Shown here: one piece after another, positions 49,124 through 61,839 of the stretch
Numbering within the stretch: the first letter of the stretch is position 1
Layout of the letters: every line of letters starts with the position of its first letter
Source: Antedon mediterranea
Taxonomy: Eukaryota > Animalia > Echinodermata
Length of the DNA: 64,000 bases
Reading direction: 5' to 3'
NCBI RefSeq assembly: GCF_964355755.1
Contig: NC_092672.1
Coordinates: 1,302,001 to 1,366,000 of the forward strand
Program-made: the position numbers and the translations under genes
The notes under the pieces: generated by a model
What the model saw: only the letters and a program-made list of their open reading frames with translations
What the model was told of the DNA's origin: nothing
Database searches by the model: none

Positions 49124-52100
49124 TTAAGAAGTAACTTGCCAAACTGTGTTTTGTGTTTGTTTAACTTTAGTTGATTTATTCTATACTTATTATAATGACT
49201 AGAAGTTCCAGTAAAGTAGTAGTTTTTTCTATAATGAGTATATTTATCCAGAAAGGAAATGTCTAAAATCTTTATGTACGTTCTTTTGAAAATATGTAGG
49301 TCTCTACACACACACTATTTTCGTTGATTTCGGCTCTGAACAAAGTGCTATAGATGGTCAGCCGGCATTTAAAATACATTGCTCAAGATTTTAAAGTGTC
49401 GGAGAGAGATACAATACCGAATTATTGTTTTCAACCACACGAACATTCTATATCACTTTTTTAAAACATCAGTATCTTCAATGTAGGGTGATTTCAACAT
49501 AAAAAAACTAATGATTTTAGACAGTAAATCTCTAAAAACGTTTTCGCTATTAACTCATCCCGTTAAATTCCAATTTAAATTCGTTACAACACGAGCGCAA
49601 TGTAATAATAATTACAAGAACAAGTTTTATTATAACGATCTGTTACTAGATATCAATTCATCATATTGTAAAATGAATTTTGAAAAGACAAAGAAATTAA
49701 GGAGGCATTATGTAAAAAATATTGGCAAAATAATAAAATTAAAAATTATATACATCATACATGTTGTGCATTAAAGATTTGTTAATAATGTGATAACTTA
49801 CTGCGAAGTAGGGCAACACATCTGACCAATTAAATCAAATGTTTAAGTTAAGTTTGTTTTTCTATTTGGCAAACACGATGCCACTGACCGATTATGAATC
49901 CTTATAATAATTACCAAAATAAATCTAGAAATACAATATAAACATGTAAGACAATAAACGTACGTGATTGGTCATGACAGTCCCCGTGACAGTCATATGC
50001 CTAAAGAATGCTTTTGTTTTCCATTACGTTAAGTCTAAGAGTTGAAAAACATATAGAACATTTTCATTAATTTTTGAGAATTTTGGAGAAAGAAACATAG
50101 TTTTTAGTGCCTTTTTGGCTTTCATAAATGTGTAGCAAAGGCGGGATTGGGTAGCAGTATTTTGCTACACTGTCCAAATTTTGCCCTGATCGTTACAAAA
50201 TATGTTTAAATAAAATACACTTCAATTGAACATTTGTCATCTGAGAAGTGATTTATTTGTCTATAAAATCTGCTCCGACCCGGCTCAGGAAAATGTCAAT
50301 GTTTTGTGCACGACGCTCCACGCCCTCTTTACTACCGTACGAATGTAGTATACAATAAGGTGGTTATTGTCTGATGGTAACATAACGTGTTTAATAAAAA
50401 TTACGAGTACTTCAATATTGAACTCTTTTGTCGTGAGATATGATTAATAACTACCTTATTAAACTTATTAATATGTTCATACTAAAGGATAAACAATGGT
50501 ATTGATATCAATTAATAGTTTCCTTGATGTTAACCACAAATGGTTTTATATGCATTAACCTTTTGTTTGAAATGGTATATACTCGAGTAGCTCTCGACTA
50601 TTTTGACCCATCTCCGTATAAGTGAAATGGTATCAAACGCCATTTATTAATTAAGTTTTTTTTAACTCATGAACATTAGTTAAACAATCTGAGTTTTGCT
50701 TTATTTTAAAGGCAAAGGGTAAAAAATAATAAATTGAATATACTGTTTATAAAACTCAAATAAATCTATCTCTGCATTAACATTTCGTTGGTGGCGCTAT
50801 TTTTTGGAAAACAAATTTCATTACGTTTATATTTCAGGAAACCTCAGATCTATTTATTTATTTCAATGTTTTTAGAGTCAAAACTGTTTTTATTTTTGTT
50901 ATTGGGGTACAATAGAGGAACTTAATAAGTCAGCATATTTTCAATCATAGCTACAGCGTAGAAATAAGCCGTACAACTTAAGAAAGACCAACCCATATCA
51001 ACAAATAAAATGTAAAACTAAACGATATAAAAATAGCCCTTTGCCATACCTAATTAATCTGTTGAATAATAAAGAATAATTACATTTAGTTGCCGTTATC
51101 AAACAATGTGAAATGATACATACGTTTTAATACAGCTATTTTATTAGGCCATGATTCGTAACAATTTTCATATTTTGTACTTTACCTGATTCCATTTTAA
51201 TGTTATAGATGTTCTTTTTATGTGATAACTTTTTTATATGTGAAATATTTTGTAAAATTATACACAATTTAGCCTTTGGCTACAATGTAGATTTTCGTTT
51301 TATTGAATAAACCTTGAAAAAAACAATAGATCTAAATGAAGCCTGTAAATCAAATCTTTATTTTCCCCCATATTTGTGTACATGGCAAAAATGTTTTCCT
51401 CGACAGAAAATTATGGTAAAACAAACAAAACATTCAACGCCTAGCGATATGAATATATATTTTTTAAATTTTAATTTTTAATTCTTAACTTTTTAATTTG
51501 CTTGTATTTCATTCTAACTTTGTATAAAATGTTTGTATCTTCCGGATGTTTCCAATGATGCCCATTTGAACCATACATTTAGTACAAAACTACTAAACGA
51601 CAAATTGAGTAGTTTGACGTAAGATTATGCTTTTTTGGAGTCGTTTGCAAAAGTTGATAGAGAAAGGCGTACTAACGGGAGAGCTAAGGGCACTGCAGTG
51701 GGACACTAACGAGCATTTGGTAACGTCAGTTAAAATATAAATGTGTTTTGGGCTGAACACAACTATTTTATTACCTGCTATTGTACTTAACTTGTCAATA
51801 AAGTAACTTAAAGACGATTTATTTGCTCAAAAGTAAAAATGAAAGAAGACAAATAAGTGTAGGCCTAACTGATAAATAATATTCACACATTGTTTAGTGG
51901 TAGTTGTTTATTCCTGACGAGAAAAATAGTTTAACATATTTTAATTGTAATGTATGATGTATTTATTGTTTTGTCGATGTGCATCGAACACAATAGAAGA
52001 TGGAGAAGTTGAAATGGGTTTAATTTAACCGATTTGTCTGCGCGAGAGGTCGAATCTCGAACTATGGCTACGATACAATACTATATTAATGTCACTTTTG

Positions 52101-52412
52101 GAAATACAAAAGTAAAACTGATGCTAAAACAAGTGAAACAATATACAGACGTAAAAAACAGTCAACACATAAGGTATTGCACAAGAAATCATTTGTCAAT
52201 AATAGTATTATGTGTGAGTGAATTAATTTCTTAATCTAGCTCTAACTTAAACTTTTCAGAGCCTATATGATTCGCGTATCAATTCAATTCAATTCAATTT
52301 CTTTATTGCTGCAAATGCCACTAAGAGCTAATATCCGATTAAACATACTACATCATACAAACATATACATACTTCGTATCGATGGTACCAGGTTTTTCAA
52401 GCACGAGGGATA

Positions 52413-53083
52413 CCGTAAATCTTATAACTGTAACAACCCTGGGTTATTATTCTTTGTTTGTTTTTAGAGTGAGTTACTAATTAGAAGGGGAGTTACTATT
52501 AAAGTAGTGGGTTACTATTAATAATCTTAAATTAGGCACCTGGAAATAGTAACCCACCCCAACTTTTCCGGTCAGCAACTCATTTGGTTGAACTCTAACT
52601 TTATTTTATAAACTGAAAACACCAAATCCTCCCCTACTCCCGAGATCAACATGCATTATTTCCTTATTTTCAAAAATACGGCTGCATCATAAGTTTTTGT
52701 GACACTAGTATTAACCCACATGGGTTACTATTACAGTAGTGGGTTATTATTATAGATTGACTCATAAGGTGGGTTACTATTAGAGGGTGGGTTACTATTA
52801 GAGTGTGGGTTACTATTAGAGGGTGGGTTACTATTAGAGAGTGGGTTACTATTAGAGTGTGGGTTACTATTAGAGGGTGGGTTACTATTAGAGGGTGGGT
52901 TACTATTAGAGGGTGGGTTACTATTAGAGTGTGGGTTACTATTAGAGAGTGGGTTACTATTAGAGTAGTGGGTTACTATTAGAGGGTGGGTTACTATTAG
53001 AGTGTGGGTTACTATTAGAGTGTGGGTTACTATTAGAGGATGGGTTACTATTAGAGTGTGGGTTACTATTAGAAGATTTACGG
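52413..53083. mobile_element. Tc1/mariner (pogo/Tigger-like) MITE with an 18-bp subterminal array
   Basis: TA-ccgtaaatctt ... aagatttacgg-TA; about 16 copies of gggttactattagagtgt at about 52770-53072. Confidence 0.85.
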
Positions 53084-54803
53084 TACTCGCATTTTGTAAT
53101 ATTTAGACTAGAGCTATATAGATTTTTTAACAAAATTAGCAAGTGTCGCTCGAACATTACATGCAGAACACGATTGTTTATAAGCACACAAAAATAACTC
53201 AGTTTAAGTAAAACATACAGTACATATTTGGATTTAACCGACCTTTCGATAATTGGTCTATTTTGGAGATTACTTAAGCTATGTTTAAAACTGACACATT
53301 AAACACGTTAATAAAATCTATTTAAATAACAATAGTTGAATGAACGGTTGAGGTTGTTCACCATAGCACGCCAAGCACTCTCTGCTGTATCATAAATGCA
53401 ACCATTCAATCAAATGTATTTCAAAAACAGACAGAGAAAGTCACAACATATCTCGTTATAAGAGGCGCCTTTTCTAATTCTTTTCGGGAAATTAATTTGA
53501 TTTTAAAAGTACAATTTGTCATTATTTCGTAATGCCACACAACGTTAATTGTCATCGCCTACTAGGTCAAAGGCCAAATAAGCTATTTGTTAGCCTAGTT
53601 CTTCCAGACTTGTTCCTATCTTCTTTTCAATCATAATATCCCACGTGTTACCAGAATTTGGAATAACTTACCCAGTGAAATCCGCAACTTAAATATTTCT
53701 GTTAGTTCTTTTAAAACCAAATTACTTAATTATCTCAATATTTATTTTTTAAATAATTTTGATATTGAAAATGTGTGTAGTTGGTCGCTTTCTTGTCGAT
53801 GCTTTTATTGTAGAACGTAATTTATTTATTTTTCTCTGTTCTGGGTTGACCAACTAGCATAGGTGTTTAGCACCTGTTTGGTCTTTCCGTGTCGTAATTG
53901 TTTTGTCTTCTTTGTTATGTATATGGCAGAAATTGAATAAATAAAAAAAAATAAAAAATTCTGGCAGTAAGTCCATGTATTTCTTATCATTCCTCGTTCA
54001 AATAATGTACTCACTATTGTAATTGGGTTAAAAAAAGTACGCAGACGGAAGAGGTAGTTTTTAAGTACAGTATTGGGTATCATGTATTAGCTCTTTAACA
54101 TTTAAAATCAAGACAAAGCAATTAAAACCGTAAAAATTGAAAAAAAAAATGTTGTGTGAAAAGTCATTGATATCATCGTAGAGGGGGCAATAACAATAAG
54201 TTCTTATGCCGTACTCGACGCAACACACAAGCAATGGAGCTTCTCAACTGTCGCATTGTGATTGTTCAAATAGTAGTCGTCGTTAGATACGTTTGTTAAT
54301 ATGCTTAAGATTTTGTTTGTAATCCGTAACCTACATTAAAAGACTTTTTTTTCATAGGTATAGAACTATTTCATTGACGATGAATTATCATACAGTAGTT
54401 ATAAATTTGTTTTTGTATTTCATGAGTGTGTCCCTCCTTCAACTGTATTCCTTATGATTTACGTTTTTGTATTACTACCCTAAAACAATGAAATGACAGT
54501 TTCAAAATAAAAAGAAATTGTTACCGGACGTACCGAATAACGCTACAAACGGAAACAGTATTGTTGTGCATTGTACCAAAATAAAGTTTACAACAGTTAA
54601 CTAGGAGGCGTTCCATAGTCATGGTGGTGTGCGTCTACGTTTAACTAGCTAATCACTATGGGCGCTTATTGTCACGAGACACTAAAGTAAATAGCGCGTA
54701 AAAAGACCCGAGCGTGGTTACAAAGCAGTTGGCGCGTTACGATCACCAATGCCCTACAATACTGAGTCAAGAATGAAGTCACAGATCAACAACGGCAACG
54801 TGA

Positions 54804-54811
54804 TATAAATA
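54804..54811 (+). promoter_or_regulatory. TATA box of the TSP1-EGF gene
   Basis: TATAAATA about 170 bp upstream of the ATG at 54980. Confidence 0.5.
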
Positions 54812-54979
54812 GGCCTTATACTATTATTACTTTAAAACATGCCATTGATATATTATAACTACCGGTCACACTACAGACATCCGATTGGTTGATATCCTGT
54901 TAAAAGGGAAACCATTGAAAAGAAAACAGGTAATGAAGTGTATGATATGGTGTAAGTAAACGATTAAACGTTCGCAAAA

Positions 54980-57536
54980 ATGCAGATACTAAAAAAATGG
55001 TTAATAGTACTTTTTCTACTATTCCTTGTCTGCACACAAGGGTCCTCGTTTCGTCGTCGAAGAAGACGCAGGCGTCGCTCACCGCCTGTGGTTAATTGTG
55101 CATGGGGCCCGTGGACTGAGGGACCGTGTAGTCATGCCTGTGAAAACAGTGGAACATTAACTAGACGAAGGGTGCAAACTACCCATGCTTCAGGTGGAGG
55201 CCTACAATGCAAAGGAGATGGGGTTGAAACTATACGTTGCAATAGGTTTTGTTATAATGGTGGAACTCCTTCCGAAGAGGGCTGCTCATGTAAAGATCCT
55301 TACTATGGTACATGCTGTGACAACTGTACTTCAACACAGTGTGAATGGAGTGAGTGGGGAAGTTGGTCGGAATGTACGCCTAATTGTGGAGTTAACCGAT
55401 ATAAGATACGTAACAGAGATATCATGAAAGAAGCAGTATGTGGAGGTGCACCGTGTAATGGAACCTCAACAGAAAGAAATGAGTGTGAACCACTTTGTTT
55501 AAATAATGGTCTTATTATAAATGATAAATGCAAATGCACTACACCGTACAGTGGTGACTGTTGCGAAGTGTGCAATGCAGTGGATTGTACATGGACTCAA
55601 TGGGGTGAATGGGCAAGTTGTGATCCACTGTGCGGAGTAGATCGTCAACGAACAAGAGAAAGAAGACAGAACCCTTCAATATGTGGGGGTAATCCATGTG
55701 TAGGCCTTCATTTAGAAACTGAAGATTGTGAACCTTTATGTTATAATGGCGGCGTACCTTCTGGTGGTAGCTGCAGCTGTACACAAGAATACACGGGCCA
55801 ATGTTGTGATTCATGTGTGTCATTGAATTGTACCTGGGGTCCATGGACGCTATGGTCACCTTGTCAACCACCTTGTGGTAACAACCGTACTAGAACTCGC
55901 CAACGTGCTATATTACATCAGGCAAAATGTGGTGGTATCTGTGATACTGATCTTGCACAAGAAACGGAACAATGTGGGTCATATTGTCTACATGGAGGGA
56001 CTCCTATGAATGGGTACTGTGAGTGTGATACACCTTTCTCGGGCACATGCTGTGACGTGTGTGCTGCAGTAAATTGCCAATGGAGTCATTGGGGAAGGTG
56101 GTCTGCTTGTGATCCAGTTTGTGGGGCTGTGAGAAATAGGACACGATCTATGTTCATTGCAGAACATCCTCAATGTGGTGGAAACGAATGTGGGCAGCAA
56201 CCTGTAGAGACGACTATGTGTGAATCCTTATGTTTTCACGAAGGAACAGCAATTGGAGACCATTGTTATTGTAAGCCATCGTTCACTGGAAGTTGCTGCC
56301 ATGTATGTGCACCTACTGACTGTGTCTGGGAAGAATGGAGTAGTTGGTCACCGTGTGCTCCGGAATGTGGCACACAGCGCATACAGACACGGACAAGACG
56401 AATATTGACCCCAGAAAGTTGTGGTGGACTTGAGTGTATTGGAGAAACATTTCAAAATCAAACATGTTCTTCAATTTGTTTCAATGGTGGTACACCAGAC
56501 GATAACCAATGTCTGTGTCCTCCGTCCTTCAATGGAGAATGTTGTGGGTCGTGTGAACCAAAGGATTGCCATTGGGAAACGTGGCAGGAATGGTCAGCTT
56601 GTCAACCTCAGTGTGGAAGGAATCGACAAAAGAAAAGAATTAGAACGATTCTTGCTCACGCAACATGTGAAGGATTATGTCCTGGTTCTAGTACAGATGT
56701 CGTAAGCTGTAATGACACATGTGACCATGACGGTACACCAATGGATGGCTATTGTTTATGTCAAAGGCCATTTTCTGGAACGTGCTGTGAGCAATGCATT
56801 CTCTCGGATTGTCAACTGTCATCGTGGAGTCAATGGTCAGAATGCTCTCCAGAATGCGGAGTTAACAGAACGAGAACGAGAATAAGATCAGTCGAGCACG
56901 AGGCTGAATGCGGTGGATTGACATGCGCAGATGACCTGACAGATCTTGAGTCGTGTTCTTCTCTATGTTTCCACGGAGGCGTGGCTACCGGCGACACGTG
57001 TAGTTGCCATTCTCCTTACAAAGGTGCCTGCTGTATACAATGTGATCCCACAGATTGCACATTTTCGGAGTGGTCTTCTTGGTCTGACTGTCTACCAATC
57101 TGTGGAAATAATAGGTCTCAGCAAAGAACTAGATACGTAACAACGCCACAAAGCTGTGGCGGGCAGTGTGTTAGTAATACTACGGTAAGCAGACCTTGTA
57201 AGCCTATCTGCTACAATGCTGGCATATCGATTTCATCTGGCGAGTGTCAATGTAAAGTACCGTTTACTGGATCATGCTGTGAAACCTGTCATTCTGTTAA
57301 CTGCACGTGGGGAACTTGGCAGCCTTGGTCAGAATGTCAACCAAAATGTGGAAGTTCCCGTCAGAGGAGTCGAATACGAACTTTGGAAAGTCAGCCCATC
57401 TGTGGTGGAACCTGTTCTGGTTCTCCAATTGAAACCGATACTTGTGAAGATCTTTGCTTTAATGGTGGAACCCCTGTTGATGGGCATTGTCAGTGTCCAT
57501 TTCCCTTTTCGACAATTTCTTGTTGTAAATCTTCTG
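54980..57536 (+). CDS. Exon 1: signal peptide, Arg9, ten alternating TSP1 and EGF-like domains
   Basis: 862-aa ORF with repeated CxWxxWxxWSxCxxxCG..RxRxR (TSP1) and CxxGG..CxC..xGxCC (EGF-like); donor g|gtaggt at 57537. Confidence 0.95.
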
Positions 57537-57778
57537 GTAGGTTGTTTTTAATCAACATTTTGGACTAAATCCAATAATATACATTCACAATGTATTAATT
57601 TAGCCTTGTTTGTTTATGTAAGAGTATGATTTAAGTAAACTTGTACTTTTGGTAAATGGTAACCATAAGAACTGAACTGCTACATTTTGCTTTTAAGTTT
57701 TTCTTACAATCATTACTTATTACATTGCTTAGTTTACATATTTTGAATAATGTGTTTGGTTCTTATTTATTTAACAAG

Positions 57779-57985
57779 ATGGCGACCCCTGTATTTACCA
57801 CTCTCTTGTCAACGACCGTTGGAGAAGTGTTGGTAACTCAGAGCTCATTCACAGATCATCATCGTGCGATGTAAATATGACGTCGGAAATTTGGTATCGG
57901 TTCAAAAGTATTAGCGGGGAGCAAATAATTGACAGATGCGTGACTATCAACAAATGTGGCGTACATTTTCCAATATGGTTGAAGG
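57779..57985 (+). CDS. Exon 2: D8C domain N-half (D)GDPCIYHSLVNDRWRS...CD...WYRF...C...KCGVHFPIWLK
   Basis: DPC..WRS..CD..WYRF..C..CG..PIWL signature of UMOD/GP2/OIT3 D8C; aag acceptor, gtaagt donor. Confidence 0.9.
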
Positions 57986-58176
57986 GTAAGTGTGTATCGT
58001 TGAACCCATAAGCTGTGTATCCATGAGTGGATGCTGTCATGGGAAATGTAGGTGTTCAATCAAAGAATCGTGAATATGATGGACTTTTAATTTAAGCCTA
58101 GTTATTCTACACTACCAAACTTTACCGAACATTTGTTTGCAAACATCAAATTTGCCAACGTTTGGTGGTACATGTG

Positions 58177-58256
58177 TGTCTACACTATACTGGAGGTCCA
58201 TTACACTTTACAGTACTGTGTCTACACTATACTGGAGGTCCATTACACTTTACAGT
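58177..58256. repeat. About 40-bp tandem duplication (intronic)
   Basis: tgtgtctacactatactggaggtccattacactttacagta x2. Confidence 0.85.
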
Positions 58257-58483
58257 AGGCCTACTGTAGGTCATTAAACATTAGAAGAATAATGTAATTG
58301 CAGAGCAACAAAAAGGTTTGCTCGTTTTACAGTACATTAATAAATAACGTAGGCCTCTTTTATGGAGGCTTTTCTACAGTTAATTGGCCCATTCTATTTG
58401 TGTCGAAAATACATCACTCTCTATTGTACTGTATGTAAATGTACTTCGTAATCCTTAAAATCGAACGTATGCACATTATACAG

Positions 58484-58660
58484 GAAGACATCCGGTTGAC
58501 ACTGGTAACGAAGTTGAGAGACACGCATGCGTCAGCAAGAGTGAGGATGGCATCACAAAATGCTGTGAGCATAAGAAACCTATCAAAATCAAAAAGTGCT
58601 CCGATTTCTACATTTACAAGTTGGCCTCAGTCCGTTCATGTGATGAGGGATATTGTTCTG
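58484..58660 (+). CDS. Exon 3: D8C domain C-half (G)RHPVDTGNEVERHAC...CC...IKIKKCSDFYIYKL...CDEGYCS
   Basis: G.HP..V.R.AC..CC..I..K.C..FY.Y.L..C...YC signature; cag acceptor, gtaagt donor. Confidence 0.9.
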
Positions 58661-58985
58661 GTAAGTTGACCAATGGTCAGCGTCTACTCTACAGTGTTAA
58701 TAATAATATTCTAATTTGTAAATCGCCTAATGATGTTAAACCTCTAAGCGCTGTACATTATTATCATCATGTTGGATCAAACACGTGTACACGTGTATTC
58801 TATTACTTCTGATTTATTAAATATAAGAAATGTGTGCATTAATTAATAAAACTGATTGCGTGTTAATAAATACAGTATAAGCAAATGTAAACTAAACATT
58901 CCTTTTTCAAAAAAACATAAAGTATCAGGAAGTAAGCTTTGGTAACTTTAAAACTTATTTTAAAATGATGATTTCTTTGTTATAG

Positions 58986-59048
58986 GTGAGGAAGCACCGT
59001 GTCCACCAGGTACCAGTTCCCCAAATGGATATACTCCGAATTGTTTAG
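58986..59048 (+). CDS. Exon 4: (G)EEAPCPPGTSSPNGYTPNCL
   Basis: tag acceptor, gtaggt donor, phase 1-1; CPxGxxSxxGxxPxC motif. Confidence 0.85.
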   Translation: MRKHRVHQVPVPQMDILRIV

Positions 59049-60010
59049 GTAGGTTCACTACTTTGCCCCAAATGTAAGTTAAGTTATTTGAATGTAACAA
59101 ATATTACAATACCAATGGTTCATAAAGAGTATCTCAGTTTAAAGAATACAAAATTCAAACGATATGCAATAGGGCCTACCATTAAAAATGTCAATTGATC
59201 CTTCGCATTTCGTAAAATAACGACGTCACACAACATGACGTACTTTTGAAATGGAAATTGTGAGATTTTCGTCGCGTTTTGGAAGTACTGTACTGTATGT
59301 AGCCTAAAAAGTTAGCAACGGTACATTGTGAAGTTTCAGACTAAAGATGGCGACAAACATAACTTAAATGATACGAACAAATGCTGATGCTGAGGATCAC
59401 AGGAAATAACAGGTAAATTACAACAACCCTGGAGAAATATTTATACAATGACCTTCGACTTAATATTGGCAAAAAAAATATTTGGCACGCATAGCGTTTC
59501 ATACGTAAAAGACGAGTTGAAAATCGGAAAACCGACTGATGGAAAACAACAATAAAAAACAATATTTAGAAACTAAAGAGTCAAAGTCTATCTTACGACC
59601 AGGCATACTACACTAATCTCTGATAGTCTTAGTTGTCTTTAGACTTATTAAAGAACCACAATAATTGATGGATATTTAAAATAAGCCTACCTTATTTAGT
59701 TGAAATGTTATTAAAAATAACCACTACTTTCTTCGCTCGAGCTCGATTGTCTGAATATATAACGCCCTCTATAATTAGGCATGGCGCATGACTTGGGTTA
59801 GGGTATTGTTGGGGAAGCTAAAAATGCAACTGCTGTTGATAATCCTTTTTAAAGTGATATTATAATTTTTGCATGCAAACGTAGCTTGCGCATTGCGTAT
59901 GTAAAATTGTATTTATACACATAGTTAACACTTCATACTCACGTTTGTTGTAGTTGTCATTCTACTCATCTTTATCGATAGGCCTACTAAAATTCTGTTT
60001 GATTTTTAAG

Positions 60011-60222
60011 CCCCTCCTCCGGAGTTGTCCGAACCTGAGCTGTACATAAAGGAGACTTCTGATGGCTTCCATCTTACCTGCGTGTTTTCGTACCCGGATT
60101 CTAATAATGTCTCATTTGATGTGATATGGTCATCAGAGAAGGACGAACTTTATAGAGAAACTTTATCGCAATCTAGAAAATCGATATTACATAAAGACAA
60201 AATTGACGATACTCATCTTTTG
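60011..60222 (+). CDS. Exon 5: Ig-like region, first part (A)PPPELSEPELYIKETSDGFHLTCVF...FDVIW...
   Basis: aag acceptor, gtgagt donor; overlaps ORF 60025-60249; L.C.F...V.W pattern. Confidence 0.82.
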
Positions 60223-60548
60223 GTGAGTTCTTCTTTTTCATCGAAATAAACCAGTTTCTAATTATTTGCTTTATTGGTTATCCGCACTTGGCGGATAACC
60301 CCTTGTTTACCTTTTTTATCAATAAACATTCATTAGTTTTTGTTGTTTGTACTGTATGTTGTACGAGGGCTCTAAATTATTTATTCTATACAGAAACTGA
60401 ATGCCTCCTGCCTCAATAAATATGGCAATTGAAATATAGAAACAGTAACTTCTTCTTTATAACAAAATATCATTTTAACCAAGTGAATTTATTCCGGAGT
60501 ATCCTATAATTTTGATTATAGTTTAATTTGTTTAAACCTTTTCTACAG

Positions 60549-60650
60549 ATTTATTGTAAGGTTACTGGAAAGTTTCTGTATGACGATGGAACTGCTAAGA
60601 GCGCGCCCTCACATGCTGTTAGTAGTAGAAGCATCCTACTGAGTCTAGAG
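60549..60650 (+). CDS. Exon 6: IYCKVTGKFLYDDGTAKSAPSHAVSSRSILLSLE
   Basis: ttctacag acceptor, gtacgt donor, phase 0-0; YC.V completes the Ig-like Cys pair. Confidence 0.8.
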
Positions 60651-60902
60651 GTACGTACGTCACATTCAAATGTTGTAACTTGAAACAAAGCTGAGATCGA
60701 TACATACAACACAGTAAATAACACATTCATATATTGTAACTTGAGGAAGCAAATGTCGATACATCAAATACAGTAACTGAACATTTAAAATAAAATACAA
60801 AGACTATAGAGATTGGGGTACGTAAGTCTATACAAAGTGTAAAATCATGAAATTAGGGATTTAGGTGAAGGAAAAACTCAATCATAAAAGTAATTTTTGC
60901 AG

Positions 60903-61187
60903 GAATTTGAACGAACACCAGAAATAAACAACAACACAAGTAAGACTAGAGCTTCAACAAGATCACAAAGCGAAAGTAGTGACAACACAAACAGCTTCAT
61001 TTTACCGACTGGTATTGGTGTTGGAATTCTCGTTCTAGTTATCATTGTCGTCTTCACAATAATTATCATAAAAAATAAAAGACTACGACTGCCCTCATCG
61101 TCCAAATTGTTTATTTTAAATTCAAACAAACACGGGTCGTGTGAAGAGATATTTTCAAGAAAAGATGAAAATAATACCAGTTTGTAG
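60903..61187 (+). CDS. Exon 7: Ser/Thr stalk, TM helix, cytoplasmic tail ending NTSL
   Basis: tttttgcag acceptor; FILPTGIGVGILVLVIIVVFTIIII followed by KNKRLR. Confidence 0.82.
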   Translation, partial: EFERTPEINNNTSKTRASTRSQSESSDNTNSFILPTGIGVGILVLVIIVVFTIIIIKNKRLRLPSSSKLFILNSNKHGSCEEIFSRKDENNTSL

Positions 61188-61252
61188 TCCCGACCCATTT
61201 TATCCAGGAATAGAGGTTAGTATGAAAAGGACCTATGACGATCAAAATTAAT

Positions 61253-61655
61253 TGAACGTCTATTTCAAAATAGAACAGCGCCGCCTATCGATCGTGCACT
61301 GTTCTAAATATTTTGCTAGGATTATATTAGCTTAGTATTAGTTCCATATATTCATACACAATATCTTTTTTTATGGAAAACACATAATTTTATATATAAG
61401 TTTAAAAAATTCATTGAAAAAATTAACCTAAATATTCATATATTTTATTTGAAACCTGTTATGAACATCTATTTCACAATAGAACAGCAACGCCTATCGA
61501 TTTTGCAGTGTTCTAAACTAAAATGTTTTTGCTAGTTTAGATATTAGTTTAGTTTTATGTTATATTCATACAAAATGTAAATATGTTTTTTTATATAATG
61601 GAAAACAAAGAAAAGGAAGCTAAATATATATAAATATATTTTATTTGTAATCTGT
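61253..61655. repeat. Diverged about 209-bp tandem duplication just downstream of the stop codon
   Basis: tgaac.tctatttca.aatagaacagc..cgcctatcgat...tgttctaaa starts at 61253 and 61462. Confidence 0.8.
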
Positions 61656-61839
61656 CTGTCTTACTTCCCAATATGAATCGGTGATTCCCTGGTTATCACC
61701 CCCAAAAAATACGATAACGACAAAGAAACAAATGATATTGATTCTTGTAGAGAGAGAGAGTTGTGATTATAAATAACGATGATAGTCGTCATGATCATGA
61801 ACACGATGGTGAGGATAAAGAGATGATGATATGGTATCT

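Larger units (their letters stand above)
54980..61187 (+). other. Seven-exon gene for a 1200-aa type I membrane protein: SP - Arg9 - (TSP1-EGF)x10 - D8C - Ig-like - TM - tail (OIT3/uromodulin/VWDE-related)
   Basis: Exons 54980-57536, 57779-57985, 58484-58660, 58986-59048, 60011-60222, 60549-60650 and 60903-61187 sum to 3603 nt, phases 1,1,1,1,0,0, no internal stop. Confidence 0.85.

Noticed and set aside
48526-49174. Repeat-protein ORFs (214, 186 and 171 aa)
   Set aside because: By-products of a stop-free 21-bp tandem array inside a MITE.
49480-49502. GDFNI endonuclease motif of a LINE
   Set aside because: Five residues only, with no supporting flanking frame.
52960-53187. ORF with SNSNPH repeats
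   Set aside because: Translation of the 18-bp array in the pogo-like MITE.
53564-53576. DR1 element AGGTCA-a-AGGCCA upstream of the TSP1-EGF gene
   Set aside because: A single imperfect motif 1.4 kb from the ATG; plausible by chance.
55185-57551. Alternative-frame and antisense ORFs inside the large exon
   Set aside because: Shadows of the Cys-rich coding frame, with no independent motifs.
57537-57568. Stop at 57568 as the true end of the TSP1-EGF protein
   Set aside because: A donor at 57537 splices in phase to clear D8C exons. A short secreted intron-retained isoform is not excluded but has no support.
60878-61198. 106-aa hydrophobic minus-strand ORF
   Set aside because: Antisense shadow of the TM exon, which has a proper acceptor and fits the plus-strand gene.
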